This document shows positions 1 through 9,875 of a stretch of 64,000 bases of DNA, piece by piece (positions within the stretch are counted from its first letter, which is position 1; each line of letters opens with the position of its first letter). Where the stretch lies: the NCBI GenBank assembly GCA_050288105.1, contig JBNKDE010000013.1, positions 3,519 through 67,518 of the forward strand. The letters run 5' to 3'. Source of the DNA: Gammaproteobacteria bacterium. Its GTDB lineage: Bacteria; Pseudomonadota; Gammaproteobacteria; GCA-001735895. Below the pieces are notes generated by a model, which did not search any database, was not told the DNA's origin, and saw nothing but the letters and a program-made list of their open reading frames with translations. A program made the position numbers and the translations under genes.

Positions 1-2022
1 GAAGTTATCGTCGGTAATGATTAGATCCGCAGTTTCGCGCGCTACATCAGTACCGGATAAACCCATAGCAACCCCCACATGGGCAGCACGTAACGCGGGC
101 GCATCATTCGCGCCATCACCACTCACCGCAACAAAATGACCATTGCGCTGTAGCGACTGTACGATCTGTAGTTTTTGTTGCGGTTCAATGCGGGCAAACA
201 CTCGACCCTGTGCGGTAAGCGCATCAACTTCCTGCTCTGATTGTGCCTGCTTCAGTTGCTGGCCGGTCACTATCTTTGATTCGCTGTCTGTAAGGTCAAG
301 CTGGCGTGCTATGGAGTAAGCAGTTGCCGGATGATCGCCTGTTACCATCGCGACCTCGATGCCTGCTTGGCGACAACGCTGTATCGACTCTGCAGCCTCT
401 TCACGTAGCGGATCCATCATACCGAGTAAACCCAGCAACGTTAGGCCCGATAACTGCTGCTCCTGGAATTCTTCACCCTCGTTGAAGTTAATCTGACCAC
501 TGGCAATGGCGAGTACCCGGAACCCCTGCTGGGCAAGTTGGTCAGCCTGCTGCTGCAGGCTATCGTGTTGTATCGCGATATCCCCAGATTCAGTCGCCAT
601 TAATTCGCACATTGCAAAAACCTTTTCCCACGCGCCTTTAACGTGTACCGCCCAGGTTTCACCTGATCGATTGAGGCTGGCGCTATACATCCGTTCGGAT
701 TCAAATGGCAATATGGCCTTTTCTTCATGCTCATTGAGCATCTCGACTCGGCTAATGCCAGCCTTATGTGCCATCACCAGCACAGCTACGTCTACTGCAT
801 CACCCTGATGTGCCCAACCACCATCCTGATGACCTAAGGTGGCTTCATTTGATAACACCGATGATTCGCACAGTCGATTTAATAGTGCCTGCTGTGCGGC
901 TGTTGGCGGTTGATCAAATTTAATTTCACCCTGAGGATCTACTGCAGAGCCGGTGACTTCGACCATTGCCTGTTGCGGGAATGCGATTTTCTGAACCGTT
1001 AGCTGATTGACCGTAAGCGTGCCGGTTTTATCAGTAGCAATAAAGGTGCAGGAACCCAGGGATTCCACTGCCAGCAGGCGGCGCACAATCACATTACGTT
1101 TTGCCATCCGGCGCATACCGATCGCCAGTGCTACGGTCAGTGCTACCGGTAAGCCTTCGGGTATGGCTGAAACCGCTAGTGCTACCGCGAGTAAAAAAAT
1201 CTCGGATAGCTGCATACCCTGATAGAACGCGACAATGGCCATGATCATCGCTGCCACGCCCACCAGAATTGCAACCCAGTGTGTGAAGCGTTCCATACGT
1301 ATTAATAAAGGGGCCTTAGCAGAGGGTTTATTCAGTACCGACTGAGCGATAGCTCCCAGTTCGGTATTCAGTGCAGTAGCGACAACAACACCCCGACCTC
1401 GACCCCGTTGCACCATGGAGCCAGCAAATGCCATATTCAATCGATCACCCAGGCCAGCTTCTTCAGCAGACAGGGTTTCAGGTTTCTTGAGTATGGCCTG
1501 CGATTCCCCCGTGAGTAATGATTCATCGACTTCCAGTCCATGACCGGCAAGGAGACGGACGTCAGCAGGGATCTTGTCGCCCGAGCCAAACAGCAGGATA
1601 TCCCCAGGAACCAGTTGTTCAGCATTAATCAGATAAGTATCGCCTTCGCGCATCACCTGGCATTGCGCGGTCACCAGCTTACTGAGCGCACTGGCAGCAC
1701 GTTGTGCGGAAAACTCCTGAATGGTACCAATCAGTGCATTGATCAATAACACTGCGCTAATGAAAATGGCATCGGACCATTCTTCAATGGCTATGGATAG
1801 AACCGCTGCAGCAAGTAATACATAGATTAGCGGACTGACAAACTGACGCAGAAAAATGATGAATATCCCAGGAGGATCAGGTTCTGGAAACCGGTTAAGA
1901 CCATACTGTTGAATTCTTTTTTCTACTTCTTCCTGCTCTAGTCCATGGATAGAAGAGTCGTATTGCTCTATACACTGCTGAGCAGAAAGCGTGTGAGGAA
2001 GCGGATTGTCAGATTGTTTCAT
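1..2022 (-). CDS. Cation-transporting P-type ATPase (type IIA/Ca2+-like), 3' end runs off the window
   Basis: Minus-strand reading from ATG at 2022 gives DESLLTGES, PEGLP, DKTGTLT (phosphorylation site), TGDHP and GDGANDAPAL motifs; no stop before position 1. Confidence 0.93.
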   Translation of the reverse strand, partial: MKQSDNPLPHTLSAQQCIEQYDSSIHGLEQEEVEKRIQQYGLNRFPEPDPPGIFIIFLRQFVSPLIYVLLAAAVLSIAIEEWSDAIFISAVLLINALIGTIQEFSAQRAASALSKLVTAQCQVMREGDTYLINAEQLVPGDILLFGSGDKIPADVRLLAGHGLEVDESLLTGESQAILKKPETLSAEEAGLGDRLNMAFAGSMVQRGRGRGVVVATALNTELGAIAQSVLNKPSAKAPLLIRMERFTHWVAILVGVAAMIMAIVAFYQGMQLSEIFLLAVALAVSAIPEGLPVALTVALAIGMRRMAKRNVIVRRLLAVESLGSCTFIATDKTGTLTVNQLTVQKIAFPQQAMVEVTGSAVDPQGEIKFDQPPTAAQQALLNRLCESSVLSNEATLGHQDGGWAHQGDAVDVAVLVMAHKAGISRVEMLNEHEEKAILPFESERMYSASLNRSGETWAVHVKGAWEKVFAMCELMATESGDIAIQHDSLQQQADQLAQQGFRVLAIASGQINFNEGEEFQEQQLSGLTLLGLLGMMDPLREEAAESIQRCRQAGIEVAMVTGDHPATAYSIARQLDLTDSESKIVTGQQLKQAQSEQEVDALTAQGRVFARIEPQQKLQIVQSLQRNGHFVAVSGDGANDAPALRAAHVGVAMGLSGTDVARETADLIITDDNF

Positions 2023-2220
2023 GGATCCAGCTCGTCGGGACATTTAACAATAATTATACAGCCCACCTTTGTTATCGGTCACGCAGTCGACCGCAAACAC
2101 GACTGATATCAGTTAAACCGTGAAAAAGGCTTACATTTAAACAAAGTTGGACGGGCGGTATTGTTAGATCTCGTTAGCGATCTGAATGATTGGCAAGCAA
2201 TAGGTGAGCCTTAACTGAAC

Positions 2221-2555
2221 CACCAAACTCAGCCTGTTGTGGAGCGTTTCGAAGTTTGTTGTTTCTGTTCGTGTAGAGTTTCACACGCCAAAGTAGTCTG
2301 GTCTCTGTAGCTTAGATAGTGCTGGCGTGCGAGTCCCTTTCTTTTGCCCGCCCCAAAGAAAGAGACGAAAGAAAAGGGCGCCCCACTGGAGCGGCCTGCG
2401 GCTCCCCGAAAATCGAACCATTTAGCAAGGCACCGACAGACTCGCATCCCAGCTCGACTGTCCTCAGCGCACGTCCGTGTGCGCTGACCTTACTAAATGG
2501 CCCGATTTTCGGCACTCCAGAAGGGTAGATAAAACCAGCAGTTACATTCACGTTT
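2221..2555. repeat. Structured dispersed repeat, family B (type-a half)
   Basis: Near reverse-complement of 50108-50442 and related to 8482-8718; several internal hairpins. The spurious ORFs here match those at 50112-50447. Confidence 0.85.
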
Positions 2556-2662
2556 AGCCTTCATTACCAAAGTTAGTAAAGGTTTAGACGCGGCAGGTGA
2601 TTCGGAATTTTAGCTGTCAAACTCCATAACATAGCTGAAATAGATGAGTAATCATGTAACGG

Positions 2663-2692
2663 AAAAACCGGGGCGTATTAACACCCCGGTTT
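2663..2692 (-). terminator. Intrinsic terminator downstream of prpF
   Basis: AAACCGGGG...CCCCGGTTT stem with a T-run on the minus strand, 40 bp past the prpF stop. Confidence 0.7.
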
Positions 2693-2731
2693 AGGGTGTA
2701 CTTTTTGATCGAAGTGGAATGTGGACGAATG

Positions 2732-3910
2732 TTAAAAACTATCGCCAGGCACCCGTACCCAGCCTTCCATTAATACTCTGGCACTGCGACTCATGGCAAC
2801 CTTGTTAACTGTCCACTTGCCATTAACTTCAGTCGCTTCTGCACCTACCTTTAAGGTGCCAGAGGGATGACCGAAAACCACCGTGTCGCGTTCACCACCA
2901 CCCGCAGCCAGGTTCACCAGGGTGCCTGGTATGGTGGCTGCAGTACCGATAGCGACTGCTGCGGTGCCCATCATCGCATGGTGTAATTTACCCATTGATA
3001 ATGCGCGTACGTTCAGATCGATATCGCCCTCGCCAATCGCTTTGCCACTGGAAGCGGTATACGATTGCGCAGGGGATACAAAAGCTACCTTGGGGGTATG
3101 CTGACGTGCGGCTGCTTCTTCAATTTTTTCAATCAGTCCCATTTTGATTGCGCCATGTGCACGGATGGTTTCAAACATCGCCAGTGCTTTTTCATCATTA
3201 TTGATCGCATCCTGCAGCTCGGTTCCGCTATAGTTGATATCCGCTGCATTCAAAAAGATGGTGGGAATGCCGGCGTTGATCAGCGTCGCTTTGAAAGTAC
3301 CCACACCAGGGACTTCAAGGTCATCTACCAGATTACCAGTCGGGAACATATCGCCTTCGCCATCAGCAGGGTCAACAAACTCAACCTTAACCTCAGCCGC
3401 CGGGAAGGTTACGCCATCCAGTTCAAAATCGCCGGTTTCCTGAACTTCTCCATTGGTCATGGGGACATGTGCAATTATTGTCTTTTTAATGTTCGCCTGC
3501 CAGATACGAACCACTGCGACACCATTTTCGGGTACACGCTCAGCATCAACCAGACCACTGCTAATAGCAAAAGAACCCACAGCAGCGGTCAGGTTGCCGC
3601 AGTTACCACTCCAGTCGACAAAAGGCTTGTCGATGGAAACCTGTCCGAACAGGTAGTCCACGTCATGATCGGGCTGACTGCTTTTGGACAGGATCACCGT
3701 CTTACTGGTACTGGAGGTTGCGCCGCCCATACCATCGGTTTGTTTGCCGTAAGGGTCAGGGCTACCGATTACGCGCAGTAATAACTTGTCGCGTGCTTCA
3801 CCCGCAACATGTGCAGCTTCGGGTAAATCACTCAACTTAAAGAAAACGCCTTTACTAGTACCGCCACGAATATAGGTAGCAGGAATCCTGATTTGAGGGA
3901 TAAATGTCAT
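2732..3910 (-). CDS. prpF: 2-methylaconitate cis-trans isomerase PrpF
   Basis: RGGTSKG, SGNCGN and HHAMMGT motifs; directly downstream of acnD. Start moved to ATG 3910 (MTFIPQ) because the longer ORF runs into a repeat. Confidence 0.95.
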   Translation of the reverse strand: MTFIPQIRIPATYIRGGTSKGVFFKLSDLPEAAHVAGEARDKLLLRVIGSPDPYGKQTDGMGGATSSTSKTVILSKSSQPDHDVDYLFGQVSIDKPFVDWSGNCGNLTAAVGSFAISSGLVDAERVPENGVAVVRIWQANIKKTIIAHVPMTNGEVQETGDFELDGVTFPAAEVKVEFVDPADGEGDMFPTGNLVDDLEVPGVGTFKATLINAGIPTIFLNAADINYSGTELQDAINNDEKALAMFETIRAHGAIKMGLIEKIEEAAARQHTPKVAFVSPAQSYTASSGKAIGEGDIDLNVRALSMGKLHHAMMGTAAVAIGTAATIPGTLVNLAAGGGERDTVVFGHPSGTLKVGAEATEVNGKWTVNKVAMSRSARVLMEGWVRVPGDSF

Positions 3911-3928
3911 TGTATTAATCTCTTGTTT

Positions 3929-4000
3929 AACCACAGAGAACACGGAGTACACAGAGTAAAATATTGTTTACCATTAAATACCTCTGTGCTCTCTGTGGTT
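3929..4000. repeat. Family A inverted repeat pair (AACCACAGAG.../...CTCTGTGGTT)
   Basis: Left arm aaccacagagaacacggagtacacagag, right arm ctctgtgctctctgtggtt, between acnD and prpF. Confidence 0.85.
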
Positions 4001-4011
4001 GATATGTTTTA

Positions 4012-6600
4012 TTACTGATTTGATTCCAGGAAGTCCTGTGCAAAGCGTTGCAGTACGCCACCAGCGGCATAGACATGGACTTCTTCCGCGGTATCCAGAC
4101 GGCAGGTAACCGGAATTTCTACGCGTTCACCATTGGCGCGGTTCATCACCACGGTGAGATCGGCACGTGGTGCGATGTCACCAATCACGTCATAGGTTTC
4201 GGTGCCATCGATGTTATACGTATGGCGATTTTCACCCGCTTTAAATTCCAGTGGCAGCACACCCATCCCGACCAGGTTGGTGCGATGGATACGTTCGAAG
4301 CCTTCAGCGACGATCGCTTCAACACCGGCCAGTCTGACCCCTTTGGCAGCCCAGTCACGTGAAGAGCCCTGACCATAATCTGCACCCGCGATAATGATCA
4401 ATGGCTGTTTACGTTGCATATAGGTTTCAATCGCTTCCCACATGCGGCTTTCGGTGCCTTCGGGTTCGATGCGTGCGAGTGAACCCTGTTTAATCTCGCC
4501 GTTCTCGTCACGACACATTTCATTCAGCAACTTCGGATTGGCGAAGGTGGCGCGCTGAGCAGTCAGGTGGTCACCGCGATGGGTCGCATAGGAATTAAAA
4601 TCTTCTTCCGGCAGGCCCATCTTATGCAGGTAGGCACCCGCAGCACTGTTTAACATGATCGCATTAGATGGAGACAGATGATCGGTCGTAATGTTGTCAC
4701 CCAGCACGGCCAGTGGGCGCATGCCTTTCATGGTGCGTTCACCCGCCAGTGCGCCTTCCCAGTAGGGTGGGCGGCGGATATAGGTACTTTGTGGACGCCA
4801 GTCGTAGAGTGGGCTCTTGGCTTCTTCCACCTGACCCAGGTCGAACATCGGATCATAGATTTGATGGAATTGTTCGGGTTTGACACTGCTGGCAACAATG
4901 GCGTCGATCTCTTCATCGCTGGGCCAGATGTCTTTCAGGGTAATGGGGTTGCCATCTTTGTCAGTGCCCAGTGCATCCTGTTCGATGTCGAAACGAATGG
5001 TGCCTGCAATCGCATAAGCAACCACCAGTGGCGGCGAAGCGAGGAATGCCTGTTTGGCGTAAGGATGGATACGGCCGTCAAAGTTACGATTCCCGGATAA
5101 CACGGCGGTGGCATATAGATCGCGATCGATGATTTCCTGCTGGATCTTTGGATCGAGTGCGCCGCTCATGCCGTTACAGGTGGTACAGGCGTAGGCGACG
5201 ATGCCAAAGCCCAGTTTTTCCATCTCGGATAACAGGCCAGCTTCTTCCAGGTAAAGCTTTGCTACCTTGGAGCCAGGCGCGAACGAGGATTTGACCCAGG
5301 GCTTGCGCAGTAGTCCCAGCTCATTGGCCTTACGCGCTACCAGACCGGCGGCGACGACATTGCGTGGGTTACTGGTATTCGTACAGCTGGTGATGGCAGC
5401 GATGATGACTGCGCCATCGGGTAATTCACCTTCCTTCTCTTCCCATTTACCGGCAATGCCTCGAGACTCAAGATCAGAAGTAGGCAGGCGTCGGTGTGGA
5501 TTAGATGGCCCTGCCATGTTGCGGCATACCGAAGATAAATCGAATTCCAGTACGCGCTCGTATTCAACATTGGCCAGGTCATCCGCCCACAGGCCAGTCA
5601 GTTTGGCGTATTGTTCAACCAGTGCGACCTGCTCGGGTTCGCGTCCGGTCAGCTTCAGGTAATCGATGGTTTGCTCGTCGATATAAAACAGGCCCGCGGA
5701 AGCGCCAAACTCGGGCGTCATGTTAGAGATGGTCGCACGGTCACCAATGGTCAGGTTAGCGGCGCCTTCACCGAAGAATTCCAGATAAGCAGAAACAACC
5801 CTCTCGTTACGCAGGAATTCGGTCAGAGCCAGTACGATATCGGTGGCAGTAATGCCGGGCTGGCGTTTACCCACCAGTTTGACGCCGATGATATCGGGCA
5901 GGCGCATCATCGAAGGACGACCCAGCATCACGGTTTCGGCTTCCAGACCGCCCACACCAATCGCAATAACACCCAACGCATCGACATGCGGGGTATGGCT
6001 GTCGGTGCCGACGCAGGTATCCGGATAAGCTACGCCGTCGCGGGTTTGTACCACCGGAGACATCTTTTCCAGGTTGATCTGGTGCATGATGCCGTTACCG
6101 GCCGGGATCACATCGACATTCTTGAATGCGGTTTTGGTCCATTCGATAAAATGAAAGCGGTCTTCGTTACGGCGATCTTCAATCGCGCGATTCTTTTCGA
6201 AGGCATCCGCCTCAAAGCCTGCGTGCTCCACCGCCAGCGAATGGTCGACGATCAACTGGGTGGGGACGACCGGGTTTACCTCGGCAGGGTCACCACCTTT
6301 GTCCGCGATTGCATCGCGCAGACCGGCCAGGTCCACCAGTGCAGTCTGGCCGAGGATGTCATGACAAACCACACGCGCCGGATACCAGGGGAAATCCAGG
6401 TCACGCTTGCGTTCGATCAGCTGCTTGAGCGAATCGGTCAGTGCCTCGGGCTCACAACGACGCACCAGCTGTTCAGCCAGCACGCGCGAAGTGTAGGGCA
6501 GTGTTGCATAGGCACCGGGCTGAATGTCTTCAATTGCGGCGCGCGTATCAAAATAATCGAGCTGGGTTTCGGGCAATGGCTTGCGGTATTGGGTATTCAT
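4012..6600 (-). CDS. acnD: Fe/S-dependent 2-methylisocitrate dehydratase AcnD
   Basis: 862 aa aconitase-family protein: DFPWYPARVVCHDILGQTALVD, IAAITSCTNTSN, CTTCNG, GSSRDWAAKG; adjacent to prpF. Confidence 0.96.
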   Translation of the reverse strand: MNTQYRKPLPETQLDYFDTRAAIEDIQPGAYATLPYTSRVLAEQLVRRCEPEALTDSLKQLIERKRDLDFPWYPARVVCHDILGQTALVDLAGLRDAIADKGGDPAEVNPVVPTQLIVDHSLAVEHAGFEADAFEKNRAIEDRRNEDRFHFIEWTKTAFKNVDVIPAGNGIMHQINLEKMSPVVQTRDGVAYPDTCVGTDSHTPHVDALGVIAIGVGGLEAETVMLGRPSMMRLPDIIGVKLVGKRQPGITATDIVLALTEFLRNERVVSAYLEFFGEGAANLTIGDRATISNMTPEFGASAGLFYIDEQTIDYLKLTGREPEQVALVEQYAKLTGLWADDLANVEYERVLEFDLSSVCRNMAGPSNPHRRLPTSDLESRGIAGKWEEKEGELPDGAVIIAAITSCTNTSNPRNVVAAGLVARKANELGLLRKPWVKSSFAPGSKVAKLYLEEAGLLSEMEKLGFGIVAYACTTCNGMSGALDPKIQQEIIDRDLYATAVLSGNRNFDGRIHPYAKQAFLASPPLVVAYAIAGTIRFDIEQDALGTDKDGNPITLKDIWPSDEEIDAIVASSVKPEQFHQIYDPMFDLGQVEEAKSPLYDWRPQSTYIRRPPYWEGALAGERTMKGMRPLAVLGDNITTDHLSPSNAIMLNSAAGAYLHKMGLPEEDFNSYATHRGDHLTAQRATFANPKLLNEMCRDENGEIKQGSLARIEPEGTESRMWEAIETYMQRKQPLIIIAGADYGQGSSRDWAAKGVRLAGVEAIVAEGFERIHRTNLVGMGVLPLEFKAGENRHTYNIDGTETYDVIGDIAPRADLTVVMNRANGERVEIPVTCRLDTAEEVHVYAAGGVLQRFAQDFLESNQ

Positions 6601-7295
6601 TTTGTGGCCCTCTTGATGGCATTAATATGGTTAATTAGATTTTTTTCCAGATTGCGACGGGTGTATAAAATATGACGACGCATCAGAATTTCAGCCAGTT
6701 CGGCATCACGATTCGAAATGGCCTGAACGATTTGTTTATGCTCGTCGAACGCGGTAGTGATGCGCGGCCCGGCCATCCCCAACTGCACGCGGTACATGCG
6801 GATCAGGTGATAGATGCCATTCATCAATTCAGAAATCAGGTGGCGGTTTTTGCTACCGAGCATGATGCGATAATGAAAATCGACATCTCCAGCCTCCTGG
6901 TAATAGGTTTCGCCGCCTTTAACGGTCTGGAAATGGGTCGTTAACAAGGCGTTCAAATCGGAGATTTCGGTATCCGTCATATGCTCAGCGGCCAGGCGCG
7001 CGGCCATGCCTTCCAGCGCCTCCCGCACCTGGTACAGTTCACCCAGACCTTCGATAGTCAAAGCAACCACGCGATAACCGACATTAGCCTTGCGCTCGAC
7101 CAGATGGCAGGTCTCCAGTCGATTCAGAGATTCGCGTACCACGGCACGGCTGACGGCGTATTTTGTCGACAACTCGGTTTCACTCAGCTTGGAACCAGAC
7201 GCGATGACACCCTCAACAATATCCGACCGCAGCTGGATAAAGGTCTTATCCGCAACCGTTACAGGCTGATCGGTGAAGTGCAGGATCGATGTCAC
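6597..7295 (-). CDS. prpR: GntR/FCD-family regulator of the methylcitrate genes (PrpR-type)
   Basis: GntR winged HTH plus FCD domain (D.DFHY.I, EH..IV.AI..RD); 4 bp overlap with acnD. GTG start at 7295 has a GAGGAG RBS. Confidence 0.85.
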   Translation of the reverse strand: MTSILHFTDQPVTVADKTFIQLRSDIVEGVIASGSKLSETELSTKYAVSRAVVRESLNRLETCHLVERKANVGYRVVALTIEGLGELYQVREALEGMAARLAAEHMTDTEISDLNALLTTHFQTVKGGETYYQEAGDVDFHYRIMLGSKNRHLISELMNGIYHLIRMYRVQLGMAGPRITTAFDEHKQIVQAISNRDAELAEILMRRHILYTRRNLEKNLINHINAIKRATK

Positions 7296-7314
7296 TGAGA
7301 TATCTCCTCGTTTA

Positions 7315-7378
7315 ATTGTCGACAATATAAGCAAATTTAGTCTCAAGTTCTACCCTTAAAGCCGATATTGTCGACAAA
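7315..7378. promoter_or_regulatory. Two palindromic operators ATTGTCGACAAT / ATTGTCGACAAA (putative PrpR sites)
   Basis: Perfect palindrome at 7315-7326 and an 11/12 copy at 7367-7378, just upstream of prpR. This matches the motif I recall for gammaproteobacterial GntR-type PrpR. Confidence 0.8.
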
Positions 7379-7443
7379 AGTTAAGAATGATTCTTTATAT
7401 ATTGAGAATTTTTTGCGTTTATTAGTAGGTTTTAAAAGAAATT

Positions 7444-7576
7444 AACCACAGAGGACACCGAGAACACGGAGAATGATTAGATAGGTTATCAGGCGCTACT
7501 TAAAATTTTATTTATCTAAGCGACTCAGATTTAGAAAAACCAGAATACCTCTGTGCTCTCCGTGTCCTCTGTGGTT
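7444..7576. repeat. Family A inverted repeat pair
   Basis: aaccacagaggacaccgagaacacggag ... ctctgtgctctccgtgtcctctgtggtt. Confidence 0.85.
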
Positions 7577-7619
7577 AAATTCTGTTAACGATGGAAAAAA
7601 TGTATCCGCAAAAGAATCT

Positions 7620-8081
7620 ATGAAAATTATTGAAGCTGATTATGCAGATCTGCCACAAGTCGCTGACCTGTTTCGTGAATATCAGCAGTTAATCGGTGTT
7701 GACCTGTGTTTTCAGGGCTTTGAAGAAGAACTGGCCAGCCTGCCGGGCAAGTATGCGCCACCAGCGGGAGCTATTTTCATTGCCATTGATAACAGCGAAT
7801 TGGTTGGTTGTGTGGCGATACGGCCCATCGATCAGCAACAGGCGGAGTTAAAGCGGCTTTATGTGAAACCGGCCTGGCACGGTCAGGGGATTGGCAAGCA
7901 GTTGTTTGAAACCGCCATGTCACGCGCGCAATCGATTGGGTATGGGAGTATTGTGCTGGATACGTTGGAGTCAATGCGCAGCGCTCGGGGGTTGTATCAG
8001 GGGTATGGATTTCGGGAGATTGAAGGGTATTATCATAATCCGGATTCGACGGCTAAGTTTTATCGGTATGATTTTGGGTGA
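7620..8081 (+). CDS. GNAT family N-acetyltransferase
   Basis: FQGFEEELASLPGKYAPP, ELKRLYV, HGQGIG acetyl-CoA loop, LY..YGF. Confidence 0.9.
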   Translation: MKIIEADYADLPQVADLFREYQQLIGVDLCFQGFEEELASLPGKYAPPAGAIFIAIDNSELVGCVAIRPIDQQQAELKRLYVKPAWHGQGIGKQLFETAMSRAQSIGYGSIVLDTLESMRSARGLYQGYGFREIEGYYHNPDSTAKFYRYDFG

Positions 8082-8180
8082 TCGTTTTTTTGTTTTTTCA
8101 TTATTGGCGTCATCACGAGTACCTGAAGGGCATAAACTCGCGTGGCAATCTTATGGATTGTTAGTAACTGCCCGAATAGT

Positions 8181-8718
8181 GGTTTCACACGCTTACGCTT
8201 TCCTTGCTTCGTAGCGCCTGACGAGTACGCGTGCGAGCCCCTTTTTTGTTTGGCCAAAAAAGAGGCGCAAAAAAGGCCACCCCACCAAGCCCTTCATCGT
8301 CAAAATAGTGCCCAGATCGCGGTCGGCTCAGACGCGGGTCCAACCGCGCTGAGCCTCAAATGGCATCCCTGCCATTTGCCCCCGATCTGAACACCATTTT
8401 GCCGCGGGCTTGAAAGGGGGAATTAAGAAAAGATTTCAAGCAAAGCTTGAAATCTTTATTGTGTTTTTTTCCGCCCTTATTGAGTGCCGAAAATCGAGTC
8501 ATTTTGTAGGGTCAGCGCACATGGACGTGCGCTGAGGACAGTTGAGCAGGATGCGAATCTGTCCGTGCCCTGCAAAATGGCTTGATTTTCGGGGAGCCGC
8601 AGGCCACTCAATTGGGATGTCCTTTTTTTCGTCTCTTTTTTTGGACAAGCAAAAAAAGGGACTTGCACGCCTTTTAGAAAGATACTACGAAGCAAGGACA
8701 GCAAAGGCGTGTGAAACC
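8181..8718. repeat. Composite family B structured element (type-b half + type-a half, head to head)
   Basis: Ends GGTTTCACACGC (8181-8192) and GCGTGTGAAACC (8707-8718) are inverted. The left half matches 43483-43752 and the right half matches 50108-50442. Central hairpin at 8431-8455. Confidence 0.8.
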
Positions 8719-8755
8719 ATAATCCGGAAAGAACAAGAAAACTGATAAAATTAAG

Positions 8756-9358
8756 TCATCCCTCCAACATAGGAATCCACCCCGGAATCCCTTCCACCCT
8801 CTCCAACCACCTCCGAACCGCAGGATATGGAGCCAGAGAAAAATCACCCTGATCGGCTAGCATGACATAGGGATAACAGGCAATATCCGCAATCGTCGGC
8901 TGCTCTGCCGCTAGCCAGTCGTGCTGGCTTAATTGGTTTTCCATCGCTATCACGCCTGGCTTCGCATCGGCGTGGCATGCTTCGAGATTGAATGGTCGCT
9001 TGAGTACCAGAGCGGCGCGCGCGCGAGCTAAACCGTATAACAATTCATTTTCCGATACTGCAAGCCATTGCATCACACGCGCTTCGCTGAGTGCATCTTC
9101 GGGCAGCCATTGTGTGCCGCCATAGCGACGTGCCAGGTACACCAGAATGGCCATCGAATCCCACAATAAATCATCACCGTCGACTAATACCGGTAGCTGC
9201 CCGCGAGGGTTTATTTGCTTGAACTCGGCGGTTAGCGTTTCGCCTTTAGCGATGTCGATAGGGATGGTTTCATAGTCCAGCTTTAGTATCGATAACATCA
9301 GACGAATCTTGTAGCAATTTCCGGAAAGCGGGAAGTCGTATAGTTTGATGGTAGACAT
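8756..9358 (-). CDS. Glutathione S-transferase family protein
   Basis: SGNCYK, INPRGQLPVL, DSMAILVYL, TIADIA motifs. Confidence 0.92.
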   Translation of the reverse strand: MSTIKLYDFPLSGNCYKIRLMLSILKLDYETIPIDIAKGETLTAEFKQINPRGQLPVLVDGDDLLWDSMAILVYLARRYGGTQWLPEDALSEARVMQWLAVSENELLYGLARARAALVLKRPFNLEACHADAKPGVIAMENQLSQHDWLAAEQPTIADIACYPYVMLADQGDFSLAPYPAVRRWLERVEGIPGWIPMLEG

Positions 9359-9377
9359 GTTTGTTTTCTCACAAATG

Positions 9378-9779
9378 TTAGATGGCCTTTTTTTCTATTA
9401 ATCGCGATTTCTGTGTGCGTCCTTCAAATCCCCAGGCATCCGCACGAACATCATCCAGTACAATATAGCTGGCTGCGGTGAGGGGGCCCAGTATCTCCTG
9501 CAAGTCTGAAAAGACCGCTTTAATGTAACTCGCCTTCTGTTTTTTGGTATTAGTGCCTTCGGTGATTTTAACGTCCAGATAAAAGGTAATCTGCTGTTTG
9601 TCACTGACGGGTACGCCACCCACAAACCAGTGTCTTGGTCGGGTAAATTCAATATCGATTGCAGTGACTTCAGGCTTTTTACCAAGAATATCACGGGTAT
9701 GGGTCATCAGACAGGCAGCGATGCTTTCGGTGTGGGCTGATGATTCTGCAGCTGCGATACGTATATGTAGATAGGGCAT
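9378..9779 (-). CDS. Tautomerase (4-oxalocrotonate tautomerase superfamily, fused beta-alpha-beta)
   Basis: N-terminal catalytic Pro (MPY), ITEGTNT..QK..YI and WGF.G.TQ. Confidence 0.85.
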   Translation of the reverse strand: MPYLHIRIAAAESSAHTESIAACLMTHTRDILGKKPEVTAIDIEFTRPRHWFVGGVPVSDKQQITFYLDVKITEGTNTKKQKASYIKAVFSDLQEILGPLTAASYIVLDDVRADAWGFEGRTQKSRLIEKKAI

Positions 9780-9875
9780 ATGGATTTCCTCCAGTTATTG
9801 ACTCATTGGATAAACAGCGTAGTCTTACATGACTTATTAGAGAAACGATTTAATTGAATAACACCTATTCGAATT

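Noticed and set aside
2229-2551. ORFs within family B repeats (also 8142-8745, 43568-43777, 50112-50447)
   Set aside because: They overlap on both strands, and their mutual similarity is explained by the non-coding repeat.
5611-6675. Long antisense ORFs opposite acnD (also opposite prpF, prpE, the ABC binding protein and others)
   Set aside because: These are shadow ORFs of codon-biased genes with no protein motifs.
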